Notes: generated from the letters alone by a model not told the origin. DNA of 64,000 nucleotides from Verrucomicrobiia bacterium (GCA_036268455.1 DATAUD010000119.1:21155-85154), one strand, 5' to 3'; counted from the first letter of the stretch, positions 16,951-27,235 are shown. A program made the numbers and translations.

Positions 16951-18513
16951 TCACGCGGGCCGGTCTTTGCGCGGGAACAGCGGGAAAATCTGGCCAATCC
17001 GATGCCCGGGGGCAATTGCTGGGGCGGGCTTGGTAAAATCGGTATTGACACTTTGGAATCCAAGCTGCCGCTGGAGTTTTTCCGACGCGCCGGGAATCAC
17101 CGGCCAGAGAAGGACGCCCAGAGTTCGGCAGACTTCCGCCAATGTGTAAAGTATATTATTCAAATCGTCGGCGCGGGCCGGGTCTTTGGCAATCTTGAAC
17201 GGGCTTGTCTGGTCGATGTATTGGTTGGCGCGCGTGATCAGCGCGCCCGTCCGTTGCAGCGCTTCTTGCAGCGAGTTGGAGCGATACGCGGCGATCGTTG
17301 TGGTCCACGCCTCAGCCATTTCGGCGGCCAATTGATGAGTTCCCGATGGAACAACGCCGTCATGGTATCTGCCAATCATCGAAAGCGAACGATTGACAAG
17401 GTTGCCGAGGCCGTTGGCCAATTCGGATTGGTAGCGCGAGCGAAAACCGGCGTCGGTCCAATTGCCGTCGGGGCCGATATCCAGTTCGCGGACCAAATAG
17501 TAACGGAAGGCGTCCAGCCCCCATTCGTCGATGACCGCCACCGGATCGACGACATTGCCAGTGCTTTTGCTCAACTTTTGTCCCTCTTTTTGCCACCAGC
17601 CGTGGACGAGGATTTGTTTGGGCAGAGTCAGGCCCATTGCCTTGAGCATGATCGGCCAATACACCGCGTGGAACTTCAAAATGTCCTTCCCGATCATGTG
17701 GATATCGGCGGGCCACAGAGCAGGCGCGTTGGGGCCGGGCGAGACAGAAAGAGCCTTGCCGATCACCGGATCGCCATGCGCGCAGGGGATGCTGATATAA
17801 TTGACAAGTGCGTCGAACCAAACCCAAGTAACGTAACTTGGATCGAACGGCAGCGGTATTCCCCAATGCAGGCGCGCAGCGGGCCGGCTGATGCAAAGGT
17901 CCTCCAATTTCTCATTTTTTATGAAGCCAAGGACTTCGTTGCGGCGGTATTCGGGCGTGATGAAATCCGGGTTCGATTCAATATAACCGATGAGCCAATC
18001 CTGCTGTTCGCCCAACTTGAAATAATAATTCTCCTCCTCCAATTCGATGACTTTGCCGTAAGACGGATCAAACGTCCCGTTCGGCAGCCGCTCCTTTTCT
18101 GTCAAAAATGTTTCCGCGCCGAGGGAATAAAAGCCCTTGTGGCCGGCGCGGTAAAATTGGCCGTCCGCGTGCAGTTTGGAAAGGATCGCTTGCACGACTT
18201 CCTTGTGGCGGGCTTGCGTGGTGCGGACAAAATCATTGTTGGACAGGCCGAGTTTCGCAACGAATTCGTTCCATCCCACCGCCAGATCATCGCAATAAGC
18301 CTGCGGGCTTTTTCCCTCGGCGATGGCGGCCTGCTGGACTTTTTGGCCGTGCTCATCAAGACCGGTGAGAAAAAAAACCTCCTCGCCCATCGCGCGCCGG
18401 GCGCGGGCAATGACATCAGACAGAACTTTCTCATAGGCATGCCCCAAATGGGGCGCGCCGTTGGCGTAGTCGATGGCGGTGGTTATGTAGAAGCGTTTGC
18501 TCATCGGCGGCAT
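16951..18513 (-). CDS. metG: methionine--tRNA ligase
   Basis: Trimmed to MPPMSKRFYITTAIDYANGAPHLGHAYE (HLGH class I motif) with the KLSKS motif. The long upstream extension in the track ORF is non-homologous. Confidence 0.9.
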   Translation of the reverse strand: MPPMSKRFYITTAIDYANGAPHLGHAYEKVLSDVIARARRAMGEEVFFLTGLDEHGQKVQQAAIAEGKSPQAYCDDLAVGWNEFVAKLGLSNNDFVRTTQARHKEVVQAILSKLHADGQFYRAGHKGFYSLGAETFLTEKERLPNGTFDPSYGKVIELEEENYYFKLGEQQDWLIGYIESNPDFITPEYRRNEVLGFIKNEKLEDLCISRPAARLHWGIPLPFDPSYVTWVWFDALVNYISIPCAHGDPVIGKALSVSPGPNAPALWPADIHMIGKDILKFHAVYWPIMLKAMGLTLPKQILVHGWWQKEGQKLSKSTGNVVDPVAVIDEWGLDAFRYYLVRELDIGPDGNWTDAGFRSRYQSELANGLGNLVNRSLSMIGRYHDGVVPSGTHQLAAEMAEAWTTTIAAYRSNSLQEALQRTGALITRANQYIDQTSPFKIAKDPARADDLNNILYTLAEVCRTLGVLLWPVIPGASEKLQRQLGFQSVNTDFTKPAPAIAPGHRIGQIFPLFPRKDRPA

Positions 18514-18603
18514 AGTGGCGGTCTCGCGGCAAAAATCCAAGTTCCAATCGGGGAATGAATTTGCGGTTTGCGGGGGTTGAGGCGGCGCGTATATCGTCGC
18601 GGC

Positions 18604-19467
18604 ATGACGAAGCATCGGATTGGAGTGATCGGCGGCAGTGGGCTCTATCACATTGAAGGGTTCACCCGCCAGAAATGGGTCAAGATGAAAACGCCGTTCG
18701 GGGCGCCTTCTGACGATTTTATGACCGGCGAACTGGGCGGACGGGAAGTGGTTTTTCTTCCCCGGCACGGTCGCGGCCACCGCGTTCTTCCCAGCGAATT
18801 GAACCATCGCGCCAACATTTACGGTATGAAAAAACTGGGCGTCGATTGGATCGTCAGCGTCAGCGCGGTAGGTTCGTTGCAGAAAAAATACAAGCCGTGC
18901 GACATCGTTCTGCCCGATCAATTCCTCGACCGCACGAAACGGTCATTTGAGCACACATTTTTTGGGCGCGGGATTGTGGCGCACATCGCGTTTGCGGATC
19001 CGATTTGCCCGGAACTTCGGCAGCTATTATTCCAAACCGCAAAAGCCGAAGGCGCGCGCGTCCACAACGGCGGGACGTATGTGAACATGGAGGGACCGGC
19101 ATTCAGCACGCGGGCGGAATCGCTGACCAATCACCGATTGGGCTACGACGTCATCGGCATGACGAACCTGGGCGAGGCAAAGTGCGCGCGCGAAGCGGAG
19201 ATCGCTTACACGACGATGGCGATGATCACGGATTACGATTGCTGGAAAGTCGATGAGGCGCACGTCACGGTTGAAATGGTCGTGGCGAATTTGACGAAGA
19301 ACGCCGGGCAGGCCAAGGCGATCATCGCGCGGGTGATTCCGCAAATTCCGGCGGAGCCGAACTGGCCTTGTCACGACGCGCTAAAGAACGCGATCATGAC
19401 CGAGAAAAAATTATGGCCGGCGAAAACGAAAGCGCAGTTGAAGCCTTTGATGGAAAAGTATCTTTAA
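18604..19467 (+). CDS. mtnP: S-methyl-5'-thioadenosine phosphorylase
   Basis: Trimmed to MTKHRIGVIGGSGLY; PRHGRGH and MTNLGEAKCAREAEI motifs of MTAP/PNP family. Confidence 0.9.
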   Translation: MTKHRIGVIGGSGLYHIEGFTRQKWVKMKTPFGAPSDDFMTGELGGREVVFLPRHGRGHRVLPSELNHRANIYGMKKLGVDWIVSVSAVGSLQKKYKPCDIVLPDQFLDRTKRSFEHTFFGRGIVAHIAFADPICPELRQLLFQTAKAEGARVHNGGTYVNMEGPAFSTRAESLTNHRLGYDVIGMTNLGEAKCAREAEIAYTTMAMITDYDCWKVDEAHVTVEMVVANLTKNAGQAKAIIARVIPQIPAEPNWPCHDALKNAIMTEKKLWPAKTKAQLKPLMEKYL

Positions 19468-19472
19468 GCGGG

Positions 19473-21593
19473 TCACCGCGAAAGCTCGTTCCATAGAAAC
19501 GTGTAGGCGAGCGTTTCCATGAAGGCGGATTGTTTGTTGTTCGCCGCCGCGCCATGGCCGCCCTCGATGTTTTCGTAGTATAACACTTCGTGGCCCAACT
19601 CTCTCAATCGCTCAGCCATTTTGCGCGCGTGGCCGGGATGCACCCGGTCGTCGCGCGTGGAGGTGGTGATGAGGATGGGCGGATATTTCTGGTCCGCATG
19701 AATGTTTTGATACGGCGAATATTTTTTGATGTACGCCCAATCTTCGGGAACGTCGGGGTTGCCGTATTCATCCATCCAACTTGCGCCGGCCAGCAGTTTA
19801 TTATAGCGGCGCATATCCAGCAATGGCGAGCCGCAATGCACCGCGCCAAAAAGGTCCGGCCGTTCCGTGAGCATCACGCCCATGAGCAAACCGCCGTTGG
19901 AACGGCCTTCGATTCCAAGATGCCGCGGCGAAGTGACTCCGCGGGCGATCAAGTCCTCCGCCACGGCGATAAAGTCGTCATAGGCGCGCTGGCGGTTTTG
20001 TTTGCGCGCGGCTTCGTGCCATTTGGGGCCGAATTCTCCGCCACCGCGAATGTTCGCCAGAACATAAACGCCCCCGCGTTCCAGCCACGCCGCGCCAATG
20101 ACCGGATTGTAGTTGGGCAACATCGGAATCTCGAAGCCACCGTAGCCGTTCAACAACGTGACGTTGCCGCCATCCAATCGAAGTCCCTTGCGCCCGACCT
20201 GGAAGTAAGGCACGCGCGTTCCGTCGCGGGACTTTGCGTCAAATTGCTGAATCTCGAGGCCATCCGTGTTGAAAAACGCGGGAAGGGCCTTGATTTTTTC
20301 CGTTTCCGATTTGCCCGCGACGCCCAGATACAAACTGGACGGAGTCAGAAAATCCGCGAGCCGCATGAAATAATCATCCGATTCATTCGGGTCGATGCCG
20401 TCAATGCTGACCGTCCCAAAAGGCGGCGCGGACATAGGCGCGGTGTCCCACTGGCCGTGAGTGAAGCGCAGCAGATACGGCCGGCTGTGAACATTGTCCA
20501 GCGCTGTCAATACCAGATAATGTTTGGTGTCCGCGATGGACGCCAGCGACGCCCGTTCGGTGGGTTGAAATAAGACCGACAATGCGCGACCGCCTCGCAG
20601 ATAGTCGTCCATATTGGCGGCCAAAAGCGCTCCGGCGGGAAAAGTTTTGCCGTTGACGGTCCAATCGCTTCGTAATCGCAGGAGCAGGAAACGCCCGAAA
20701 GTATCAACAATTGCGTCGGACGGTTTTTCAATTCGCACCCACTTATCGCCTCGGCGGATGAGCGTTTCACCACTGAAAAATGTGACGTCGCGATGAATCA
20801 ATTCATAGACGTTCCCATGATCGTGTTCGACGGATACGCCAAGGCCAACGTCGGCCGGCTCGCCTTCAAAAATTGCGGCAGCCTGGCTCAATGGAGTGCC
20901 ACGGCGCCATTCCTTGAGGACGCGTGGGTAGCCCGAACTGGTCAGCGAGCCGGGACCAAAATCCGTTCCGATATATAAGGTGTCGCGATTGCGCCACGCG
21001 ACATCCATTTTGGCCTCCGGCGCGGTGAACCCGTCCGGCACGAATTGCCGGTGTGTCAAATCGAATTCGCGAAGGACCGAGGCATCCGCTCCGCCGCGTG
21101 ACAGTTCGATCAGGCAGCGGTCGTAACTCGGTTCAAGCGCCGTATAGCCGTGCCAGACCCAGTTTTCCTTTTCCTGGGACGCCAGTTGATCGAGGTCGAG
21201 GACGGTGTCCCAGGCGGGATTTGGTTTTTTATATTCCGCCAAAGTCGTGCGGCGCCACAGGCCGCGAACATTTTTGTCGTCGCGCCAGAAATTGTAATAG
21301 AACTTCCCGAGCTTGGCGACGAGCGGAATCCTTTCATGCGAATTCAAAATGCTTAACAGGCGCTCGTCCAAAGCGGAAAACCCCGGCAATGATTCCAATT
21401 TTGCGGTGCTGGCGGCGTTTTGTTCGCGGACCCACGCCAGGGCCTTGTCGCCGGTGACCTTCTCGAGCCATAAATTCGGGTCGTCATTTGTGGCGCTCAT
21501 ATCGTTTGTCCCGAAGGCGCAATGAAAGGAGAGGAGAAAGCCGGCAATAAATCCGCAAAAAAGGCCGGGACGACTTTTGAATGGACAATGCAC
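19473..21593 (-). CDS. prolyl oligopeptidase family (S9A) serine peptidase, secreted
   Basis: Signal peptide; N-terminal beta-propeller region; catalytic GRSNGGLLMG; C-terminal D...GGHGAA. Confidence 0.85.
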   Translation of the reverse strand: MHCPFKSRPGLFCGFIAGFLLSFHCAFGTNDMSATNDDPNLWLEKVTGDKALAWVREQNAASTAKLESLPGFSALDERLLSILNSHERIPLVAKLGKFYYNFWRDDKNVRGLWRRTTLAEYKKPNPAWDTVLDLDQLASQEKENWVWHGYTALEPSYDRCLIELSRGGADASVLREFDLTHRQFVPDGFTAPEAKMDVAWRNRDTLYIGTDFGPGSLTSSGYPRVLKEWRRGTPLSQAAAIFEGEPADVGLGVSVEHDHGNVYELIHRDVTFFSGETLIRRGDKWVRIEKPSDAIVDTFGRFLLLRLRSDWTVNGKTFPAGALLAANMDDYLRGGRALSVLFQPTERASLASIADTKHYLVLTALDNVHSRPYLLRFTHGQWDTAPMSAPPFGTVSIDGIDPNESDDYFMRLADFLTPSSLYLGVAGKSETEKIKALPAFFNTDGLEIQQFDAKSRDGTRVPYFQVGRKGLRLDGGNVTLLNGYGGFEIPMLPNYNPVIGAAWLERGGVYVLANIRGGGEFGPKWHEAARKQNRQRAYDDFIAVAEDLIARGVTSPRHLGIEGRSNGGLLMGVMLTERPDLFGAVHCGSPLLDMRRYNKLLAGASWMDEYGNPDVPEDWAYIKKYSPYQNIHADQKYPPILITTSTRDDRVHPGHARKMAERLRELGHEVLYYENIEGGHGAAANNKQSAFMETLAYTFLWNELSR

Positions 21594-21622
21594 ATGTGGA
21601 GTCTAACCTACGAGTCAACTCT

Positions 21623-23065
21623 ATGAAAACAACAATGGATCGCCGCCGTTTTATTAAAAAATCTGTCATGGCCGCGGGTGCTGCTTCCGCCGCCCGTTAC
21701 CTCGCGTTTCCCAGCATCCTTTCCGCCCGCGAACCGAGCGACGTGCTCAATGTCGTGCAAATAGGCTGCGGCGGCCGGGGAGGCAACCATCTAAGCGCCG
21801 TCGTCGTGGATCAGCGCCAGAGGCTTGTGGCGATGGTGGATCCTGATGACAGGCAGATCGCTGGAAAACGTAAAGAGTTGCGGGACAAAAACGGCATCGA
21901 CACCTCGAAGGTCCAAACGTTCTCCGATTATCGGGTTATGTTTGACAAACTCGGGAACCAATTTGACGCGGTATTTATCGCCGCGCCGAATCACCACCAC
22001 GCTCCCGCTTCGATGCTGGCGATGGAGGCCGGCAAGCATGTTTATTGCGAGAAACCGTTGACCCACGATATTTCCGAAGCGCGCAAATTGCGCGAAGCGA
22101 GTCTTCGATACAACAAGGTAGCCACGCAAATGGGGAACCAGGGCCATTGCGGCGGAGGTTATCGGCGGTTGTGTGAATTTATTTGGGGCGGGGTCATCGG
22201 CAACGTCACGGAAACCCATAGCTGGACCGACCGCGCCAACGGCGGAATTGGGCCGCGTCCTCCAACACTCCCTGTCCCTCCAGGCATGCACTGGGATTCG
22301 TGGATAGGTCCGGCTCCGTACCGCGATTACCATTCCGATCTGCACCCGCACGAATGGCACGGCTGGTATGATTTTGGCAACGGTTCCCTCGGCAACATGG
22401 GCTGCCACGTTTTGGAAGGCGTCTTTTGGGCGCTCAAGGCCGACCACCCGACCAGCTTGCAAATGGAATATGTTCGCGGCGGAACTGATGAACGTTATCC
22501 TCTTGGAAGCCGTATCCGCTGGGACATCCCCGCGCGCGGCGACATGCCGCCTCTAAAAGCTTACTGGTATGAAGGCCTGAACGCGACGACCGAAGACAAG
22601 GCAAGCGGCTCGAATCACGCGGCGCGAGGCAGCGCGCGAAATCTTCCGCCGCTCATCGCGGAACTGAAGAAGAAATATCCTGACGAGGAATTGGATCGCG
22701 GCGATAGCGGAAGTTTGTACGTTGGTGATAAAGGCATCATTTTCACGAGGACGTACGGCGAGAAGATGCACATTCTTCCCGAGGAGAAAATGAATGAGAT
22801 CAAGCAGCCGCCGATGTCATTGCCGAGGCCGAATCCGAACCCGTTCACTAACTTCGTCGAAACTATCCGGGCCGGCCGCACCGACACTGCGACTCCGTTC
22901 GAGTATGGCGCGCGTTTGACCGAGTTCGTCCTGCTGGGCAATTTGGCGCAGCACGCGGGCAAGGACAATCTTGTCCAATGGGACGGCGAGAACATGAAGG
23001 TCACCAACATTCCGGAACTCAATCAATGGATTAAGCGCGAAGACCGAAAAGGATGGACTGTTTAA
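21623..23065 (+). CDS. Gfo/Idh/MocA family oxidoreductase with Tat signal
   Basis: Trimmed to MKTTMDRRRFIKKSVMAAGAASAA. Rossmann motif VVQIGCGGRGGNH and EKPLTH motif. Confidence 0.85.
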   Translation: MKTTMDRRRFIKKSVMAAGAASAARYLAFPSILSAREPSDVLNVVQIGCGGRGGNHLSAVVVDQRQRLVAMVDPDDRQIAGKRKELRDKNGIDTSKVQTFSDYRVMFDKLGNQFDAVFIAAPNHHHAPASMLAMEAGKHVYCEKPLTHDISEARKLREASLRYNKVATQMGNQGHCGGGYRRLCEFIWGGVIGNVTETHSWTDRANGGIGPRPPTLPVPPGMHWDSWIGPAPYRDYHSDLHPHEWHGWYDFGNGSLGNMGCHVLEGVFWALKADHPTSLQMEYVRGGTDERYPLGSRIRWDIPARGDMPPLKAYWYEGLNATTEDKASGSNHAARGSARNLPPLIAELKKKYPDEELDRGDSGSLYVGDKGIIFTRTYGEKMHILPEEKMNEIKQPPMSLPRPNPNPFTNFVETIRAGRTDTATPFEYGARLTEFVLLGNLAQHAGKDNLVQWDGENMKVTNIPELNQWIKREDRKGWTV

Positions 23066-23081
23066 GGTCTTTAGTCCGGGA

Positions 23082-25133
23082 CTATTGGTTTCGTTTAAGC
23101 GTGATTTTGTGGTCGGTTCCGTCAGCTTGGAGCGAGACATCGCGCTGCACTTGATAGCCTTCGGCTTCAAACCAAAAGAGGAGCGGTCCTTCTGGCGAGG
23201 AATCCCATTCGAAGTGTCCGTTGGAATCCGTCCGTGTTGTCCAATCAAAAGCGCGGAGACCCTGGTCGTCCCAATCTGTTTGCGCGATCGCGTTGGAAAT
23301 CGGATTGCCGGCTTCATCCACCATCCGGCCGCGAAAGAGTTTGCCGGGTGACAGTGTGAAATTGGCGAAATTTGTAACGCCATCGAGTTTCATGGTATTT
23401 GTTTGAGGCGCAAAACCGTCGGCCTGCACCGCCAATTCCAAATGCGGCGCCCCTTCTCCAACCAGGCCCCGAATGACTGACTGGCCGGCGGCATTTGTTT
23501 CAACTGGCGGTGACGTTAACGATTGAAAATTTCCCCGCACTCCGGCGAGTTGGAATGCGCCATTTTTGTCCGTTTTCGCTGATTGACGTTGGGAAGGATC
23601 ACCATCCACGATTTTAATGCTCGCCTTGGCAATCGGACGATCCCGCAAATCCGTGATGTGCCCGGCAACCGTCATACCACGCTTGATCACGAGCACCAGA
23701 TTGGTCAAATCAACTTTGTTTACTGGAACCACGGGAAGCGCCGCGGCATAGCCTCGCTTTTTCAGGATGAAACGGATTTCGTTCGTATAATCCCTGGGAA
23801 GGTAGCTGCAACTCCAGCTTCCATCGTCGTGATTGGTCACTGGGCAAAGCTGAAAATCCACGTTCTCCTTGTTCCTGGCTTTTCGCCCCCCATTTTCAAT
23901 CATAACGATACCCGGATTTTGTATCATGATTTTCACGCCGGCGACCGGCGCGCCTTGCTCATCCACCACCCAACCGCCTGCCGTCATCGCCGGATCCAGT
24001 TTCATGGTGTAATCAGCCGGCATCATGTCATCAAATCCCACCACCTTCGGAACATGTCGCTCTGCGACGACAAACACGTTTCCCAACCGTTTGGCCGGGT
24101 CATCAGGGGCTGGAATGGCGCCGACCCCTCGATTATCGGTTACCACGTAATGACCTTCGCCCTGTCCGCCCACCCCGAAGTAAGCAACGTGAATCTCGGT
24201 ATGAGACAGCCCTTTGCCTGTTTCGGAGTCCAAGACGTGAAACAGCATCTTCACTGTTTTTGCTGTTGCCGCACCAGCCGCATCGAAACGCGCGGTATCG
24301 AACTTTTTCTGATTTGGGATTTTAGGCGTATTGACAGCCGGGGCCGGCTGCGGATTCGCCTCTCTAACTGTAGAAGCCGGGCCGCTGGGCGACCGAGTCA
24401 GATAAATGATGCCTGCGGTAATTAACGCCACGACTGCCGCGCCCGCGGCAAGTTTGAAATTGGAAACCCGCGGAAACGCACCGAGTCCATATGCACCGGC
24501 GGCGGCCGGCAATTTCATCGAGGCCAATCGGGAAACCAGTTGAGTTGGAGCGGCCTCGACTGAATGTTCGGAGAGGATTATTCCCAACATCGCCGCCGTG
24601 CAGGCTGTGCCGCAGGCACCCAATTGCGTCCGCAGCTTGTCCATCGCGCGGCTCACCCGCATCTTGGCGGCGTCCTCGCTGATGCCGACGGCAGCGCCGA
24701 CATCGCGCATGGATTTCCCCGCGAAGATTCGGAGCAGGAGCGCCTGACGGTCTTCATCGGTGAGTTGATTTAGCGCCTCATCCAGGTTTGGAGCCAGCTC
24801 CTCCCAGACGGCATTTTCATGTGTGGCGGGTTCCATAACGATGCTCTGTCGCTCACGATTGCGCCGGCGTGTTTCAGACCGCCACATATCGACAGTCACG
24901 TTAAGAGTTGTCCGATGGAGCCATGCGGCCAAGTGGGCGGAACTTGCAACTTTTGGCGGCGCCTTGGCGAACCGGATGAAGACGATTTGCATTACGTCCT
25001 CGGCCAGCGAGCCGTTGGCGAGGCGGCGTTTGGCCACCGAATAAACCAACCCGGCGTATCGACGCACCAATTCCGCGAAAGCCTCCTCCGATCGCCGTTT
25101 CCTGAATATCTGCAATAACTCGTATTCACTCAT
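23082..25133 (-). CDS. ECF sigma factor fused to TM segment and periplasmic CarboxypepD_reg-like repeats
   Basis: Trimmed to MSEYELLQIFRKRRSEEAFAELVRRYAGLVYSVAKRRL (sigma-70 region 2). Region 4 (LRIFAGKSMRDVGAAVGISEDAAKMRVSRA), one TM (AAGAAVVALITAGIIYL), then three beta-sandwich repeats (e.g. GMTVAGHITDLRDRPIAKASIKIV...TDKNGAFQL). Confidence 0.75.
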   Translation of the reverse strand: MSEYELLQIFRKRRSEEAFAELVRRYAGLVYSVAKRRLANGSLAEDVMQIVFIRFAKAPPKVASSAHLAAWLHRTTLNVTVDMWRSETRRRNRERQSIVMEPATHENAVWEELAPNLDEALNQLTDEDRQALLLRIFAGKSMRDVGAAVGISEDAAKMRVSRAMDKLRTQLGACGTACTAAMLGIILSEHSVEAAPTQLVSRLASMKLPAAAGAYGLGAFPRVSNFKLAAGAAVVALITAGIIYLTRSPSGPASTVREANPQPAPAVNTPKIPNQKKFDTARFDAAGAATAKTVKMLFHVLDSETGKGLSHTEIHVAYFGVGGQGEGHYVVTDNRGVGAIPAPDDPAKRLGNVFVVAERHVPKVVGFDDMMPADYTMKLDPAMTAGGWVVDEQGAPVAGVKIMIQNPGIVMIENGGRKARNKENVDFQLCPVTNHDDGSWSCSYLPRDYTNEIRFILKKRGYAAALPVVPVNKVDLTNLVLVIKRGMTVAGHITDLRDRPIAKASIKIVDGDPSQRQSAKTDKNGAFQLAGVRGNFQSLTSPPVETNAAGQSVIRGLVGEGAPHLELAVQADGFAPQTNTMKLDGVTNFANFTLSPGKLFRGRMVDEAGNPISNAIAQTDWDDQGLRAFDWTTRTDSNGHFEWDSSPEGPLLFWFEAEGYQVQRDVSLQADGTDHKITLKRNQ

Positions 25134-25200
25134 CTCTACCCAGTAATCGTCACCGTTTCCGAAAGGTAACAGAAAACCTGGCGCGCATACGGATGGAATT

Positions 25201-27075
25201 TCAGTTTGCCGTCTGAAAGCGTGATTCAAAACCGCCATGAAGACCTGACGTTTCGGCAATGTGCATTTGAATCATTGTATGCCGCGGGAAACCGTCTTCG
25301 CCGGGCGTGAAAGTCAGGGCATCATGTTTCGCCGACCACGAATACGTGCCCGCAATAGACGGGGCCGTCGAGAAGGCGGCTTCTACACTTGCCGTGTTCA
25401 TCGGTTCGCTGAACTGAATCACAAGCGGCGACGTTGCTCCGATGTCGCGCGAATCGTAGGCGGGCGACACGCTTACCACCACCGGGTCCAATGGCAACAT
25501 TTGGGAGTTTGCGATAAATATTTTGACAGACGTTCCGGGCACCGTAATCGCCGGCGTTTTTGGGCCATCCAGGACCACCGCAGTTTCTCCCGGATCAAGC
25601 AAGTTCATCAGCCGCGTTCCTGGCGGATAAATTGTCGGGCAGCCGGGCAGTGTTCGGCTTGAGCCAGCCGTGTTGAGCGCCACCAAAATCTCCTGCTCCC
25701 GCAGCCGCCGCGCGTAGGCGAACAGCCCCGGCCCCTTCGCGTCGCTCCACAGGATGGATTGGTCGCCCGCCCGCAATGCAGGATAGAGGCGCCGGAAATT
25801 GTTCAGTTCGGCAACAAGCTGGAACAGCGGATGCGTCATGTTGAAATTGTCGCCGCGAGACGGCCCCCATTCGAATTGGCCCGCGAACATATCTTCGCGA
25901 TCGTACGGGTCGCGCCCGCCGTCAAAGGCCTGCTCCGTTCCGTAATACAAACACGGAATTCCGCGCGCTGTGTAGAGAAAAGCTAGCGCCACGGCGAGCC
26001 GATTTGTATTGTCGCGAGCGCACTCCGCGCTCAGAAAGCGCGGCTGGTCGTGATTGTCCAGGAAAGCAACCAGGCGCGATTGCGTGGACAAATCGTAATT
26101 GGTCGAAATGGCGGCGTAACAGTCCGCAAGGAGTTTCGTGTTGCCTTCGGCTCGGGCGAAGACGGAAGTCGTTTTGAAAAAAAGCGGGTAGTCGAGGACG
26201 GAATCCAATTTGGATTGTCCAGTGTAAGAACCGCATTTGGCGTCGGAAGCGTTTAACACCTCGCCAAACATGAAAAAGTCTGGCTTGCCGTGCGCGGCGG
26301 CGAACGCGTGAATCGCGGGGCACCACGTTTGCCAGAAACCCATTTCAACGTGGGGCACCGTATCAATGCGGAATCCGTCGAATCCCGCTTGCTCAATCCA
26401 ATACTCGTAAATCTTCGTCATCTCTGCGCGCACATAAGGCGTTTCGGTTCGGAAATCGTCCAGGCCGGATAATTCGCCGAGTTCCCGCTGAGTGTTGTCG
26501 TTGTAATTCTGGATGACGCCGTTGTTGTGAAAAAGACTTGTGAGGGAAGGATGGGCGGCGTTGAGATCGAAGGGCGGGGGATATCGGCGGAAAGAATGGC
26601 GGTATCGCAGGGTGTAACCATCCGGGGGATATTTGAATTTCGGGTAGTCGGGATCGGTGCTGTCAATCAAATCACCGCCGTGGTTCACGACGACATCGTC
26701 AATGACCTGGATGCCGCGGGCATGGGCGGCGCGGACCATGTGTTGCAAATCGGCGACGGTGCCCCAGTGCGGGTCCACTTTGTAAAAATCACGGCCGGCG
26801 TAGCCATGAAATTCCCCGCGCGCGTTTAATACGACGGGAGAAATCCAGATGGCGGTTACGCCCAGGGCTTTGATGTAATCGAGCTTTTCTTCAATTCCTC
26901 GGAAATCACCCCCGTGGACTGAGGTTCCGCGATGTCCGGCAGGGTCGTAGTTCCCATCGGCGTTGTTGTTGGCTGGGTCTCCGTCGTAAAAGCGGTCGGT
27001 GATGATTTGGTAAATGCTTTGGGCATTGGTTTGGAATTGGAAAAAAACCAGTGCAATGACTACCCAGATAACCAT
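25201..27075 (-). CDS. alpha-amylase family (GH13) glycoside hydrolase with C-terminal Ig-like domain
   Basis: YQIITDRFYDGD, GVTAIWISPV, VVNHGG, GFDGFRIDTVPHV, FGEV, FLDNHDQPRF (GH13 conserved regions I-IV). SbsA-Ig-like C-terminus. Confidence 0.85.
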   Translation of the reverse strand: MVIWVVIALVFFQFQTNAQSIYQIITDRFYDGDPANNNADGNYDPAGHRGTSVHGGDFRGIEEKLDYIKALGVTAIWISPVVLNARGEFHGYAGRDFYKVDPHWGTVADLQHMVRAAHARGIQVIDDVVVNHGGDLIDSTDPDYPKFKYPPDGYTLRYRHSFRRYPPPFDLNAAHPSLTSLFHNNGVIQNYNDNTQRELGELSGLDDFRTETPYVRAEMTKIYEYWIEQAGFDGFRIDTVPHVEMGFWQTWCPAIHAFAAAHGKPDFFMFGEVLNASDAKCGSYTGQSKLDSVLDYPLFFKTTSVFARAEGNTKLLADCYAAISTNYDLSTQSRLVAFLDNHDQPRFLSAECARDNTNRLAVALAFLYTARGIPCLYYGTEQAFDGGRDPYDREDMFAGQFEWGPSRGDNFNMTHPLFQLVAELNNFRRLYPALRAGDQSILWSDAKGPGLFAYARRLREQEILVALNTAGSSRTLPGCPTIYPPGTRLMNLLDPGETAVVLDGPKTPAITVPGTSVKIFIANSQMLPLDPVVVSVSPAYDSRDIGATSPLVIQFSEPMNTASVEAAFSTAPSIAGTYSWSAKHDALTFTPGEDGFPRHTMIQMHIAETSGLHGGFESRFQTAN

Positions 27076-27083
27076 TAAATCCA

Positions 27084-27101
27084 GAATTTTCCGGAAAATT
27101 C
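27084..27101. promoter_or_regulatory. 18-bp perfect palindrome GAATTTTCCGGAAAATTC
   Basis: Read directly. Lies 9-26 nt upstream of the GH13 start (27075, minus) and about 120 bp upstream of the sigma-54-like promoter at 27220 (plus). Confidence 0.3.
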
Positions 27102-27219
27102 CCGAAAAGTCTCGTTTTTTCCCGTCTTTTTGCGATTATAATATCTGAACAGGACTCACATCAGTGTCCCAAAATTAGCCAATGGAATGACGACGCCGTC
27201 TTTTTCACGCAGGTGCCCT

Positions 27220-27235
27220 TGGCATCCTGGTTGCT
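27220..27235 (+). promoter_or_regulatory. candidate sigma-54 promoter TGGCATCCTGGTTGCT
   Basis: TGGCAT-N5-TTGCT with a single deviation from TGGCAC-N5-TTGCW. Intergenic, correct orientation, 45 nt upstream of the acyltransferase start. Confidence 0.45.

Noticed and set aside
16942-18558. 538-aa ORF on the plus strand
   Set aside because: Entirely antisense to metG, whose product has clear class I synthetase motifs. The translation is low-complexity, Arg/Gly/Ala-rich and without motifs. This is a typical shadow ORF of GC-rich DNA.
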